From Lama glama (taxonomy: Eukaryota), in NCBI GenBank assembly GCA_028534125.1, contig CM052838.1, positions 64,914,001 to 64,978,000 on the forward strand: a stretch of DNA of 64,000 bases, given 5' to 3'. The notes under the pieces are model-generated. The model made no database searches. It saw only the letters and a list, made by a program, of their open reading frames with translations, and was not told the DNA's origin. The translations under genes were made by a program, and so were the position numbers. Below are positions 24,011 to 36,029 of the stretch, piece after piece; positions within the stretch are counted from its first letter, which is position 1; every line of letters starts with the position of its first letter.

Positions 24011-26099
24011 CTGTGACTTCAGCATGGCTTCCTCTTCACTTCCCTCTTATATTCTGGTGTCATTTCCACCCTCAGTGTTGTCGGAGAGTTAAAGGTTTTC
24101 AACCAGACACATTGCCCCATTTGGGTTACCTCTACTGGAAGGCGTCCAATTTAAACCACAGCCTTTTTATACAGCAAAGCATAGGACTTTCTAACTGTGA
24201 ATCGGGCTCTCTGAATATTAAACGTCCCTAAATCAGGACATGTATTTTTTATATATTTAAATTTTTTATTTAAACAGTTCTGACAAGACGCACTCGGATC
24301 ATTTCCCTGACTCAAGTATGAACACGCGGGCGTAACGTAACCTCAGGAGACCTCAGAGTTTTCACACGGAAGTGACTAGATGGTGCCGATGGCTCAGTTT
24401 CTCTTGCGAGATGAGCTTCCTTGCAGGGAGGAGACAGGACTTCGGGCACCTGGATGGGTTTCGCAGCAGCACGTGTGTCCCACACCTGACGATGTTTTTC
24501 AAAGACGGTATCCAGGAAGCAACCTTCAGTGTGAGTCAAACGCCCTCAGGGGCTGGGAGGTTGGTAACGTCACAGGACGGAACCCGCAGGGAGTGTGCCA
24601 GTGTATCTGTGTCATGCGATTGTACCAGTGCAGGAACCTCGGGTCAGTCACCCCGTGTCACCTGGGCTCGGAGGCGACAGGTAGGGAGAAAAGCCAGGGG
24701 CCGCTGTTTGTTCAATGGTCAGCTCCCCCGGAGCGCGGACAGGTGCGGGGCGCCCGGCGCTCCAGACCCGCTGCCCTGAGGGGGCTTCCAGGCCTCCCAC
24801 CGCCCCGCGGTCTCAGGCGGCTGCATCGTGTGCTTAAGAGAGGACAGGCCGACGCAGAGCCCGCCCCGCCCCGCGCGCTGACGCCTGCTGTCAACATCCC
24901 GCCGTCCAGACTTCACGGAATCTTGGGCTTTGAAAAATTCATCTCCTCCAAATCGGTATTCCACAAATGCAGCTTTGACAAAATGCATTAAATTTGAAGG
25001 GGAAAGCTAATAATTGCAATGTTTGAAGATTCAATTTAAATGCTCAAAGTGGTCAAGAGCCGCCCCGGGGGAAGCCAGGTGAGGAATCCCAGCTCTGGTG
25101 GAGTCAAGTCTTCGACGTGTCTTCAGTGTTTAAAAACAAAAAGCTCCTTCCCCTCTTCTAGAGGTTTCCATGGACAACCCGCAGCGGTGATTCTGCGGAG
25201 AAGGGTGCGCGGTGTGCGTGAATCAGGCCCTGGGGAAGGCCTGGGGTGCTTCTCTGAGGCTGTGCATGTCCACGGTGCCCGGGCCTCCAGGCGTCCCGGG
25301 GTGGGGGCGGGGGCGGGGGTCAGCCACGGCGGGCGGACTCCTCCTCCTTCTGAAATACTGAGTGTTTCTCAGAAACGCTCCCGGGAAAGCTCCCTCTCGG
25401 CTTTGCTGACTCTACAACCCCTCTGGCAACCGCTGACGTCAGGGCATTGGTGGGGCTTCTGATTCAAGACAATGTCAGCAGCGGCTTCTTCCGTGATGCC
25501 GCCTTCTGCTTGCAAGTGACTTTGTTCAAACGCTCGGGGAGGCGGGCATCCCTGGAGACGTCATTCATTGGGTTCCAGGTCGCCTGTGTGGCGGCGGAAG
25601 TGAGGGGCGGGGCCCGGGGGCTCGCACACCAGCCGCAGGGGTGGTTTTCCCACTTTGAGGGGCCAGGCTGGCGAGACCCGGGGGACCAGTGCCTCCAGCC
25701 GAGAGGGTCCCCTGTGTCCACCCCAGGTGGGCGGAAATACGTGTCCCATGATGTCCTGGGGGGACACCGGAAGATGGAGGGGGGCAGCAGACGTGCAAAG
25801 GAGAAAGGGGAAGGGACGAGAGGCTTGTCGGAGAAACCGGAGGGGGGAGGGGGGCAGGGGGCAGAAGACCAGGCAGGCAGCGCCGTGGAATGGAGTCAGG
25901 AGAGTGCGGCTGGTGTCGGGAGAGAGGAGGAAAGGATGCCCCGCCTCAGAGGCTGTGAGGCCCAAGGGACCTCCCGGAGGGACCTCCCGAGGCTGCTCGC
26001 AACCCAGTGTGCAGCCCCCAGGGCGGGGCTCCGCAGACACAGACACAGCGCGGCGGGACGCCCCTGGGCCCCTCCCGGGGGAGAAGCTGGGATGTCGTG

Positions 26100-29000
26100 C
26101 AAACAGTGTCACTGGTGCGTGATCTCAGCACCTTAAAACCCACCACTGCACGTGCACAAGGCCCCGATTTTCAGCAGATTTGTAAACCACACAGCCATCG
26201 CCACAAACCAGCTTTAGAACATTTCCATTGCCCCCAAAACTCCCTCCTGCCCACCCCAAGTCGACCCGGATCCCACCCCAGTCCCAGAAACCTCTTGTCT
26301 GTTTTTTTCCGTCTCTACAAGCAAGGCTGTTCGGGACGCGTCACAGGACGGGCTCATCCGCTGCGCAGACGTCCATGCCAGGCTTAGAGCTCGTGCTCAG
26401 CCTGAAGGCTCCAAGGCCTGGCCGGCGGCGGCCATTCACCCCGTCACGGCTGCGTAGTGCTCCACGGCTCAGCTTTAGCGCCGACTTTATCTATTTATTT
26501 TACGAGTTTACGCACCTTTAGGCCGTTTCCGGTCTGGGGAGCTCGTGAGCGAGGCTGCAGAGAGCCTCATGCCGGCGATTCCACGCGGAGAGGAACTCCC
26601 AGGGGTGGGCTTGCCGGGCGGGATGGCAAGCGTGGGTGCGGCGCTCTGAGAGGCGGCGAGCGACTTCCCAGCGGCCGCGGCGTCTCGCCTGGTCCTCCCA
26701 GCAGCGCGGGAGCGCTGGGCTCCTCCGCGTCCTGCCTGCGCTCCGTCCGGCTGTGGCTTCCTCCAGAGCCACGTGCAGCTTGCGGCGTCTTCTCGGTGTG
26801 GTTTTAATGTGCGTTTTGCTAATGGCTGATGAAGCTGAGCACCTTTGCAGCTGTTTTTCGGCCATTCGTGTGTTTTCTTTAGTGAAATGGCTACTCAAAC
26901 CTTCTGATCATTTGTTTTTTAAATTGAGTGGCTTAGCCCCTGGAGCTGTAAGAATTCTTTATGTATTTTGGATGCAGGCTTTTTGTCAGAAATATGATTT
27001 ACAAACATTTCTTCCCAGTTCTGCCGTGTATTTTCATTTTCTTAATGGTGTCTCTTGAAGCACAGACGTTTTTAATTTTAATACAGTCAGAATTCTCTTT
27101 CTTTTATGGGCCATGCCTCTGTGTTTGTATCTAAGAACTAATTCTTTACTTAACCCAAGATCATGCAGAATTTAGCCTGTATTTTAGTCAGAATGTCTGC
27201 AGTTTTACGCTAAATTTATGAGCCAGTTTGAATTAATTTTTGCATGTGGCTGGAGATAAAAATACTTTTTTTGCACGATGATGCAGAATTACTGAGAAGA
27301 CCGTTTTCCGCTCTGGATTACCTGTGTACCGTTGTTGAAAATCTATTGGCCGCGGAAGTAAGGATTTAGTTCTAGACTCTGAATTCCGTTCGACTGACCT
27401 GTGTGCCTCCGCCACACCAGTGCACACTGCTCGCTCCTTCCCGGTTGCTACGGCTTTATAGCAGTTTGGGCATAAAGCAGAGTAAGTCTTCCAGCTGTGT
27501 TCTTCCTTCCCCAAGGTATTTGATCATCCTGTGACCTTTATACGTCCTTATGCATTTCAGGGTCACCTTGTCAGCATCTGGTACGCACAGCTAGCAGGGG
27601 TTATGTTGACTCGACAGGTCGGCTTCGGGAGAAAGGCCGTCTCGGCGGCCGCGTCCCCCATCCACGAACACGGGCTGTCTTCGTCTACGTGGCACCTCCT
27701 TCAGTTTGCTCGGCTGTCCGTTGCGCTGTCCAGTGTGCAGCCTTGCAGTTCCTTCGTTAAAATCCCTCCTAAGCATTTTGCTCTTCTGCTGCTGTTATGA
27801 GTGGAAAATGGAACAGTTTTCCTAACTTCGTTTTCAGCTTGTTCGCGGCTCCCATGTAGAAACACACTCGATTTCTGATATTGATCCTATGCTGTGCCAC
27901 GTCGCTGAGCTCGCTTTTTATTTTAGTGGTTTTTTCCTGAAATCTTGAGCATTTTCCTCGTACGAGGCCGTGTCGTCGTCACGTGAGGGCGGTTTTGCCT
28001 CTTCCCCAGGCTCAGTGCCTCTGACGCTGCTCTGTGTGGCTGGGCTGGCTGGACCCTGCAGCCCCTAATTGCACAGCAGCAGTGAGAGCAGATCTCTTGC
28101 CTGTTCCTGACACAGCGGCACGCAGCCCGCTTTCCACCACCGGGGGATGCGAGCTGAGAGATTTCAGTACATGTCCTTTTCCACGTTGAGAACGTTCCCT
28201 TCTATTCCTAGCTAATTATGTGTGTTTTGCCCCCAAATGGATGATGGACTTGTCAAATGCTTTTTCTGCATCCCTGGAGATGGTCATGTTGGATTTTGTC
28301 CCCTGTTCTATTAATATGATTTACTTCCCTAATTCATTTTTAGGTGTTGTACCAGCCTTGTGTTCTTGGAGTAGATCCCACTTGGAAATCGATCTGTTCG
28401 GTACGTGCGAGATCCGGCTTGCTAGCACTTTGCTAAGGCTGTTCGCATCAGGGGTCACGAGGGACGCTGGCCTGCAGTGTTCTTTTTCCGTGGTGTTTTT
28501 CTCTGGCTTCGGCCTCAGAGTAACCCTGGATCTGCAGGGTGAAAGGCTGGAGGGAATCTGGACTCGTCCCCCCTCACAAGGGTCGCTGGCTCTGCTGCGT
28601 GTTTGTTTAGTGTCCTTCCTGGGTCACTGTGGCATCTGTTTCCCCCGGAGCGTGCAGCCAGTGGCATCTTGTTTGTCCTGTTTAGGGTTTTTGTTTGTTG
28701 TTCCTTTCTCAGCCTGGCTTCCCCGCGGTCGCCCCCGCATCTGCCCAGCTTGTGGTCAACTAACGACTGGTCAGATCCGGGCCCAGACGCCTGGCCCAGT
28801 GACGCTTCCCCTCCCTGCCGATGAGTCTGTCTCTGGGTTGGGAGTGCATTCAAAGTTCAGGCCGTTTCAAGCCTGAAACCCACCCCTACGATCCACTGAG
28901 CCCTGTAGGTCTTTGCTGTGCTGGCTCCCGGGGAGATCAGCGATGGTGGGGGGGCCTGACGGTGTTTTTTCTGTCTCCCTGTTGAATTTCCGGCCTGTCT

Positions 29001-29330
29001 GTGGTCTGTCCCAAGCAGACCAGCCATCTCGGACCAGGAGAACAGCTGGCCGTCCCCGTTCACTCAGCCCCGAGATTGCTGTGATCTCAGACAAGGCCAA
29101 CGTGCAGGGAATTTTTGCCTCCTGACCCAGTTCCAGCCAGCCCCCTCCAGCAGTGAAGCTGTCAGGGGTTCACTGGCTGCCTTGACCTGTTAGAACCACC
29201 AGACAGACAGAGTCGCAGGGGAGGGGACCGGAGCCAGTCCACCTCGGATCCCCCCCGTTCTTACACAGAGTTCAGCAGGTTTTCACTCAGCCCTGGCTCA
29301 TCTTAGAACATCCATCCTCCCTTCCAGACG
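26100..29330 (-). mobile_element. Old L1 (L1MB-like) with internal deletions: 3' UTR, ORF2 and a 5'-region piece
   Basis: 3' UTR signature AGCCATCGCCACAAACCAGCTTTAGAACATTTCCATTGCCCCCAAAA. Continuous antisense ORF2 text to about 28530 (e.g. TTGTCAAATGCTTTTTCTGCATC), then L1 5'-type sequence. The last piece may be a separate element. Confidence 0.85.
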
Positions 29331-29925
29331 AAAGCTTGGACCCACGTTATTCTCCCCTTCTCTCTCAAAACAGTCATGAGTCCCCGCTGGGCCCGCAGCC
29401 CCCACTGGGTGGGCATCCCCCGCTGCGCTGAGAGCACGGATCAGCCGACGCCGAGCATGGCTGCCCCCCGGGTGCGTCTCACACCTCCGAGTTTCGGGCG
29501 GAGCTCTCCTGAGCACCCCCCTTTCCTCCAAGGCTGCCCGGCTTTGTCGTCAGTGTGACCACACCCATGGCCGTGCTCGTGTGTCCTTAGGCACCAGGAG
29601 GCTGTGGTTATTTGTCTCAACGTGGTAACACCAGTTTTAGAGCTGTTATGTCCAGTTTTTAACCAGTGTGTCTCTGTCCCTCTCTCCCTGCAGCGCTCAC
29701 ACCCACACCCCTCTCCCCACTCCCCCTGCCATTTCTTGCTCAGGCTCCAGTCTGTTCCGTCTGTCAGCTGCCAGCTCTGTACCTGCCCCTTGCCGCCCCC
29801 CCATGACAGGTGGACGCTAATGAGCCGCCAGGGGTTTTGTGTTCACGGTGGGCTCACGCGCTGGGACACGGTGTGATTCAAAGGAAGCCCTTCAACTCAC
29901 CAGCATCCTTAATGTCACCTCTAAC

Positions 29926-30435
29926 TGAGACCGGAGGGATGGGGGCAGGGCACAGCCACTCAAGGAATGACACAGCAACTAGCACCCACACAGGGGAAGA
30001 CTCAACTCCCAGGAGGCCTTGAGCTTCCATATCCGCCCGTTGTAACACGACGGCTGCCGACTGGCCCTCCCACACGCCAGGACAGCCCCCGGGCTGGCCC
30101 TGAGAGGTCAAACGGGGGGCGGTGGCCTGGGGCCTGGGAAGCCCCGCCCCTTCCCCAGAGCAGTTGGAGTAAACCTCCCACTTGTTAGCCTGTGAAGTTA
30201 CTGAGCCCATAGAACCAGCGGCCCCCGCACCTCGTGGCCGCTCCCCTTCTGAGCGAGACAGCTGCACGCTGCCCGCGGGGTGCGCGTCCCTGAGTCAGCC
30301 TACCTTCACTCAGCTGCGGCTCACTCTTGGATTCTTTCCTGTAGGAAGCCAGGACCCACGTGTGGCGGGACGTGCCCCAGGGGCTCATCTGAGACCTAGG
30401 GCCTGTCCTCGCGCCCCACATTTCCCTGTGCATCA
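29926..30435 (+). mobile_element. ERV1 solo LTR, MER41-related artiodactyl family
   Basis: TG...CA termini (TGAGACCGGA ... GTGCATCA). GGGGCAGGGCACA, AATGACACAGC, GGGCGGTGGCC, CCCCGCCCCTTCCCCA and CCTCCCACTTGTTAGCCTGTGAA follow the recalled consensus. TSD not clean. Confidence 0.7.
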
Positions 30436-33400
30436 CTACACTTGAGTGTCCCACTGAGAAATGGTCTTTGCTCCCATAGATCACCGCAGTAAACTGACAG
30501 CTGTTTGCACGAATAACTGGGCCATTTTTTTAAAGCAGTTCCCTGCAGCTCATCAATTACAGGTACAACCCATTAGGAGCGTTTGGGGCTGCCTCTTGCT
30601 GCTCTGTGCGGCCTGCCTCTCTCCACATCCATCTTTCGATCCATCTTTTACTCGCTATACAATTGGTTTCATTTAAATTTTATACTTGATGTATTCGGCA
30701 TCAAGTTGATCTGCTGGAACATATGTGTGCTGTGCTAAATCACCCTGATGTTATTGTGGCAAACTGTTAATGAGGCGGACCGGGTGAGCACAAGAGGGCT
30801 TAGCCTAAGCTGCTTCTCTAAGAATTCTCTATTTTCATTTTTTCTTAATTTTTGTTTCTCACTGTCCTGCAACTTAAATACCTTTATGCATTTAATTGCA
30901 TGCACCCCTGAATTTTTAAAAAGACCCTAAGGTTTTTTTAATGTTCAAAAGAGGAGCAGGGAGTGCTGACGCCCTGGTTACAACAGAGCTCTGTGTCTTG
31001 CAGGCTGTCGCCGCTGGGGGAACCTGGGTAAAGAGGGCGTGGAACCCCTCCGTAGGGCTTCTGACAACTGGTGCGCGTCTACAATTACCTGGCAACAACA
31101 AGTGTAACGGGAAAGATGCGTTCCGGAGGGAAAAGCCTGCCGCCAGCAAACGCTTAGGTTTTCAAGCGCTTGCTGCTCACAGCACGACTCACGGGCACGT
31201 GCGTCTGGCTCCCCCGCCTCCCCAGCTCTCTCTGGGTTTCACTCCTCAGGGTGCAGGTGGTCAGGTGTCGCCACTCGACACCCTGGGGGTGGGGGGGCCA
31301 GGGCTGGAGGCTGTCTGGGCCTGGAGGACAAGCCCACCTGCTCCGGGAGGTGCCGATGCAGGACTGAGCCGGGCGGGCACCGGGGCTGGGCTCGGGTTAG
31401 GCTCTGCCGGGCGTGGTGGGCGGGACCCCCGGGGCTGGCATCGCTTTGAGCCCTGCACCCTCACTCTCCAGACTCGTCCAGCAGGCGAGGGGAGAGGTGT
31501 CGCTGGGAGGTGAGACGTCCCGGAATCTGAGGTGCAGCAGCTGTTTGCTGCTGACGTCCTCGGTGCACAGGGTGCTACGTTCCCACAGAGAGTTCTCCGT
31601 GTGCTGGGAACGCCGTGCACCTGCGGGGGGCGTTGCCCCTGGGAGCAGAGCCCCGCAGACGTTCGTGGGGGACCTGCCTCCATCCTGCAGTCAGTGCTTT
31701 ACCAGGAGCATCCGTGAGCTCCTGCCTCAGTGAGTCATCAGAAGGTCCCGTGGATTCTGACTCCAAAAGGTACTCGGCCTCCGCGCCGCTCACCTGCACT
31801 CGCGATGGTTCCTCCCCATCCTCCCCGTCCCTCAGGAAGGCCTAGAAACTTCCACTTTGCTCTCTTGAAGACCGGAGGAGAGGCCCCTCAGGAAGCCCAC
31901 GCACCCTGCTGGGGGGCCACCCGTCGAGGTGACAAGGAGAAGTGAAGGGGGAGACCCTGGACCACCCCCGCCCTGCCTGCTGAGTGCAGACCGAGTGATG
32001 CCCTGCAGGGGCACCTCCCGACTGCGGAGCTGCGAGCCAGTGAAGGGGCAACACTTCTGCGGAGCCTCGGTGCCCAGCCGGCTGGACATCCTGACACGTG
32101 TGAGCGGTGACATATGGACAGTGACCCCACGTATGGGAGACTGTGGATGCCAGGCCACAGGCTGTCCACTCCAGAAGGGCCACCAGAGGTGTCCACTAAG
32201 GGGTCCGAACAGTGAGGCCACATGACCGAGCCTGTGCTGGGGGAAGACACGGCTGACGGTGGTCAGACTGAGGACGCGGCACAGAGATGAGGCTGAGACC
32301 AGCGGGAAGGCTCTGCGGGAGGCGGAGGGGACGGGGTCTCGCCTCCTGGACAGTACGGAGGCAGGAGATCTTCCACTTCAGGGACACATCAGCAGAAGGG
32401 TGCATTTCCATCTGTCCCCGTGGCTCCAACAGTCCTGTCCTGAATACAGAAAGACCGTCCATTCCAAGAGGTGCCCCAGTCAGGGTGTAGGTGTGGTGGA
32501 GCCCAGAGCCATGCCAGCTCAGCTGGTTCACCCTGGGAGGTGACACCCTGTCCCCCAGGTGAGCCTGACTCACCCAGGTGGCCGGTGTGGGGTCACTGGG
32601 CTCCCCGCTCCTAGGACTTTCGTGGACCACAGCGACGGAACCTGTGTTCGGGGAGGGACAGGAGGGGGGTGGCTGAGCGATGGCAGTGGGGAAGGTCACA
32701 CTGTCCAGTGTCTTGAACGGGCACCAGACACCCTCTGCGTTCTCCACATCTCTGACAAGGACACGAAGGCCTCTGATCGTCCCCCGGTTCAAGGAGCCGG
32801 TCAGCAGGGCCACACCCGACAATCGGAGCAGACAGGAGTCCCCTGGCTGTGCGGGCTGCGGGGTCCTCCGCGATCTCCCAGGGCCCTTCCGGATTCCCCA
32901 AGCCAGCTGCACACACACCCTCCCCAAACCCACAGGCAACGTTCTGTTTCAAAGGTGCTGAGGAGGGCTGGCTCCAGGGCATGAGTGTCTCCAGCAGGAA
33001 ACAAGGGGGGCATCTGAGAAATTCTGAAATGACACATACACCCGAACACAGGCGAGTCACGGAGGGGGCTCAAGGGGCACATCAGGGGGAAGGCCGGTCC
33101 TTGGGGGCCTCTGCATCCGTGGTGGCCAGCCCGAGCTGGGGCAGCCTCCTCAGGGAGGCCCGTCTCCGTGTCAGAGGCCAGGGGAGACGCACGAGCTGTG
33201 ATGAAGGTGGCGCCTGTCCTGGCCCACGAGACAGGCATTTGTCTCTGCAGGCTTTAAAGCTAAGCCCCTGGAACGCTCTCCGCCCCCAGCCCCGCCCGCC
33301 CGGGCCAGCCAGGTGAGCAAGGCGGCACCCCGAGCCGTCCTGCCGGGGTCCTGGCTCTGACTGAGCGCCTCCCTGGGCCCAGCCCCCGTCAGCGGCGCCT

Positions 33401-34829
33401 GCGCTGGCCAGCTGGGGTGATTACTCAGCAGGCGTCGTGGTGAGCAGTCAGTAAGGCACTGGATACCTGTCCTGCCCTACATGCTGGTGACACTGAAACC
33501 ACGCCAGAGCAAGCCAGCCAGCAGTCGGAAACAGGAGCGTCCCTCCGGCGCGTCAGCCACCCCTCCTGGCGGCGGCCCCTCCACATAGAGCTGTGAAGAC
33601 GTCTCAGGGACGGCGAGGACGGCCCTCGCCGGGAGGGTTCAGGCCGTGTCGCACGGCGTGGACACTCACAGTTAACACCATTCCTGGGACTGGGTGGCCA
33701 CGCCGGAAGCAGGCGCGAGCTGACCCCACACAAGAGAACCTGCTGTGATCTGATCTCACGTCTGGCCCACGGACATCTCCCTCCTCCTAAAACCTGCAGT
33801 TTTCTCATTATTTCCACGTGAACACAACTCATCCAGGTGAGTGCACAGCCTTCCATCGCCAGCTTCGCAACAGCCCGTGACGACCCACTGAATGAGGGCA
33901 CGTGTGGCCACCCGCAGAGGAGCCTGCCCGGGCCTGTGACCCAGCCCTGCCTGCTGGGTGGCCTTGGGCACAGTGCTCAACCTCTCTGGGCTGCGGATGC
34001 CTCACTAACAGCGCCCCCTCAGGGCTCCACGCTGGGCGAGCGGGTGGCACGTGGGCTTGTGTAGCTGGCCACCTGCAGAGGGTGGGGGCCGAGGGCGTGG
34101 CTCCTCCCCAGCGCCAGCCGCACCGGGAGCACAGGACACACCAAGGTGACACGTGGACCCCATCTCTTCCCAACATTTCATCGTTCCCCTGAAGCCAGGT
34201 TCACCGAGGCGCCGGGTGGGCATGATGGGGGAGCTCCCTGACATCATGTCAGTTTCCTTCAACCCCGAGGGACTGGGTTCAGGTCACGGTTTGTCTGTGG
34301 CCACAGGCACCAGCACGTTCCCGAGTGGAAGAGCCGCTGGTCCCAGGGAACCAGGGGCTGCAGAGAAGCCCAGCCAGTCTCCCTGAGATGCACACACTGG
34401 GGCCCCTCAGGCCAGCCAGGACCCCCGGTCCACGCTGGAGGCCTGGGCCTTCTCCTGAGAGCAGCTGGGTGTTTACTCAGCACCCAGCACAACTGTGTAA
34501 ACGTTTTCATCCATAACAGAAACCTCACAACACACTGTCTAAACTACAAGACGGATGGAACGCTCAGGACCTCCGGCGGGGCTGTAAGTGGCGGCAGAGG
34601 GTCAGTGCTCACTCGACAGTCCAGCAGCAGGTGACACGCGCTCCCCGGAGGAGCTTCCAGAGCGTCGTCTCCGAACCCCGGCCCTGCCAATGCCCCCGTG
34701 GGCGCTTTGCGGAACAGCAGATGCAGACCGGGTCACCGCGTGCTCCTGGTGCCCGTCCCAGTGCCTCCACGCGCCCCAGGCGCCCTTTGCTCTCAGTGCT
34801 GATGGTCGTCGGCGAGTCCCCAGGGCACC

Positions 34830-35125
34830 TGGGACAAGCAGTGAAGTTGCACAGCCTCGCCCAGGTCAGCCCACACCCCGGCCTCGGGTTCCTCTCTGTA
34901 AAAGGGAAGTGGGGTGCCAATCCCGAGGCTGTGGTCAGGCTCGAGCCAGTGACCCCTGCACGGAGAAAGGAAGGGAGCCAGAGGGGTGGAGGGGCTTGCA
35001 CGTTGCCTACTGTGACAGGTAGTGTCCGAGGTCAGGCAGCTGCCCCAGGTCACACGGCAGCCGACGACCGGGCTAGGGTTTGAATTTGGATCAGTCTGGA
35101 TCCCAGTCCCAGACTTTTCCGCTGA
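34830..35125. mobile_element. Two MIR remnants in opposite orientation
   Basis: GCCTCGGGTTCCTCTCTGTAAAAGGG (+) and GCTGCCCCAGGTCACACGGC...GGGTTTGAATTTGGATCAGTCTGG (-). Confidence 0.6.
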
Positions 35126-35328
35126 GTGACACAGTCTCCTTTTAAAGGCCGGCCGTTCACAGACCTGCCCTTAGACCTGTCTGCGGGGCGCGGCAGGGGA
35201 CAACGCTGCCCGGGAGACCTGGTGGCGCCAGGCGCCCAGGGAAGGGAGTGGGCTCACGGCTGCTTGCTGTTTGAAGCCACGGCGATGTGGTCCCGCTGTG
35301 TGTGCAGGCGGGGGAGGGCTTTTGGTTT

Positions 35329-35470
35329 GGGCTTTTTTTAACTCTTATTTGTTTATTTGGGGGGGGGGGTAACTAGGCTTACTCATCTATTGATTTCATG
35401 GCGGCGCTGGCTTGAACCCGGGACTCCATGTGTGCTAGGCACGCGCCCTACGCCGCGACGTGCCCTCCCC
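35329..35470 (-). mobile_element. tRNA-derived SINE, camelid vic-1-like
   Basis: Minus strand begins GGGGAGGG, has the B-box CCCGGGTTCAAG, then an AAGCCTAGTTACCCCCC segment and an A-rich tail. Approximate TSD GGGCTTTTGGTTT (35316-35328) / GGGCTTCGGTTTT (35471-35483) at a TT/AAAA site. Confidence 0.8.
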
Positions 35471-35879
35471 GGGCTTCGGTTTTAACATAGTTTCCTCGTC
35501 CACTGAGCTCTCACAGCCCAACGAGATTCGCATCAGAGACGCCGCGTCCCAGAGATGTGGAAATAGCGAGTGTCTGCGGCCGAGTGAGTGAGCGCGTGGG
35601 TCAGAGCTGCTCCTCAGACCGGTAGAGCCCGGCTGCGTTCGTTGGCGTTCGTTGTTCACCGCAGCGTGATCTGAATAAGTCACAGGCGGCGCTCCAGGCA
35701 GATGCCGCTTGTCGCATCCCGCTCGTCCGATCCTGTAAACGATTTTGGCGCCGGGGAAAAAGAGGGTGTCTTTCAAGTGCAATTATAAGGTGGGAACCAC
35801 ACAAAACCACAGCCCACTGTTAGGCGGCTAAAATGTGCCTTCTCTCGGTGCAGCTGACGCCACGGGGACCCCGCCGCCA

Positions 35880-36029
35880 CCAGGAAGGGTGTAATGGGCC
35901 CGTGTCTAGTGAGGAGAGCAGAAATGACCCCTCTAACAAGTGTGAGTCCACCTGTGGCTGCTGAAACCTGCCAGGAAGATTGTTGTTGGGCATTTAGCAG
36001 AGCTCTGTTTTGCCAATAGATAAATGACA
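35880..36029 (+). mobile_element. MaLR (MLT1-like) LTR 3' end
   Basis: Terminates ...CAATAGATAAATGACA, typical of MLT1 ends. Confidence 0.45.

Noticed and set aside
21088-25198. Identical 16-mer AGCGGTGATTCTGCGG at about 21088 and 25183
   Set aside because: A 16-bp match is roughly expected by chance in 64 kb, and the flanks do not extend.
28220-28876. 218-aa hydrophobic ORF
   Set aside because: Antisense reading of a decayed L1. The hydrophobicity comes from T-richness.
35400-35470. tRNA gene
   Set aside because: A B-box is present, but it has a SINE body, A-rich tail and TSD, and no intact cloverleaf.
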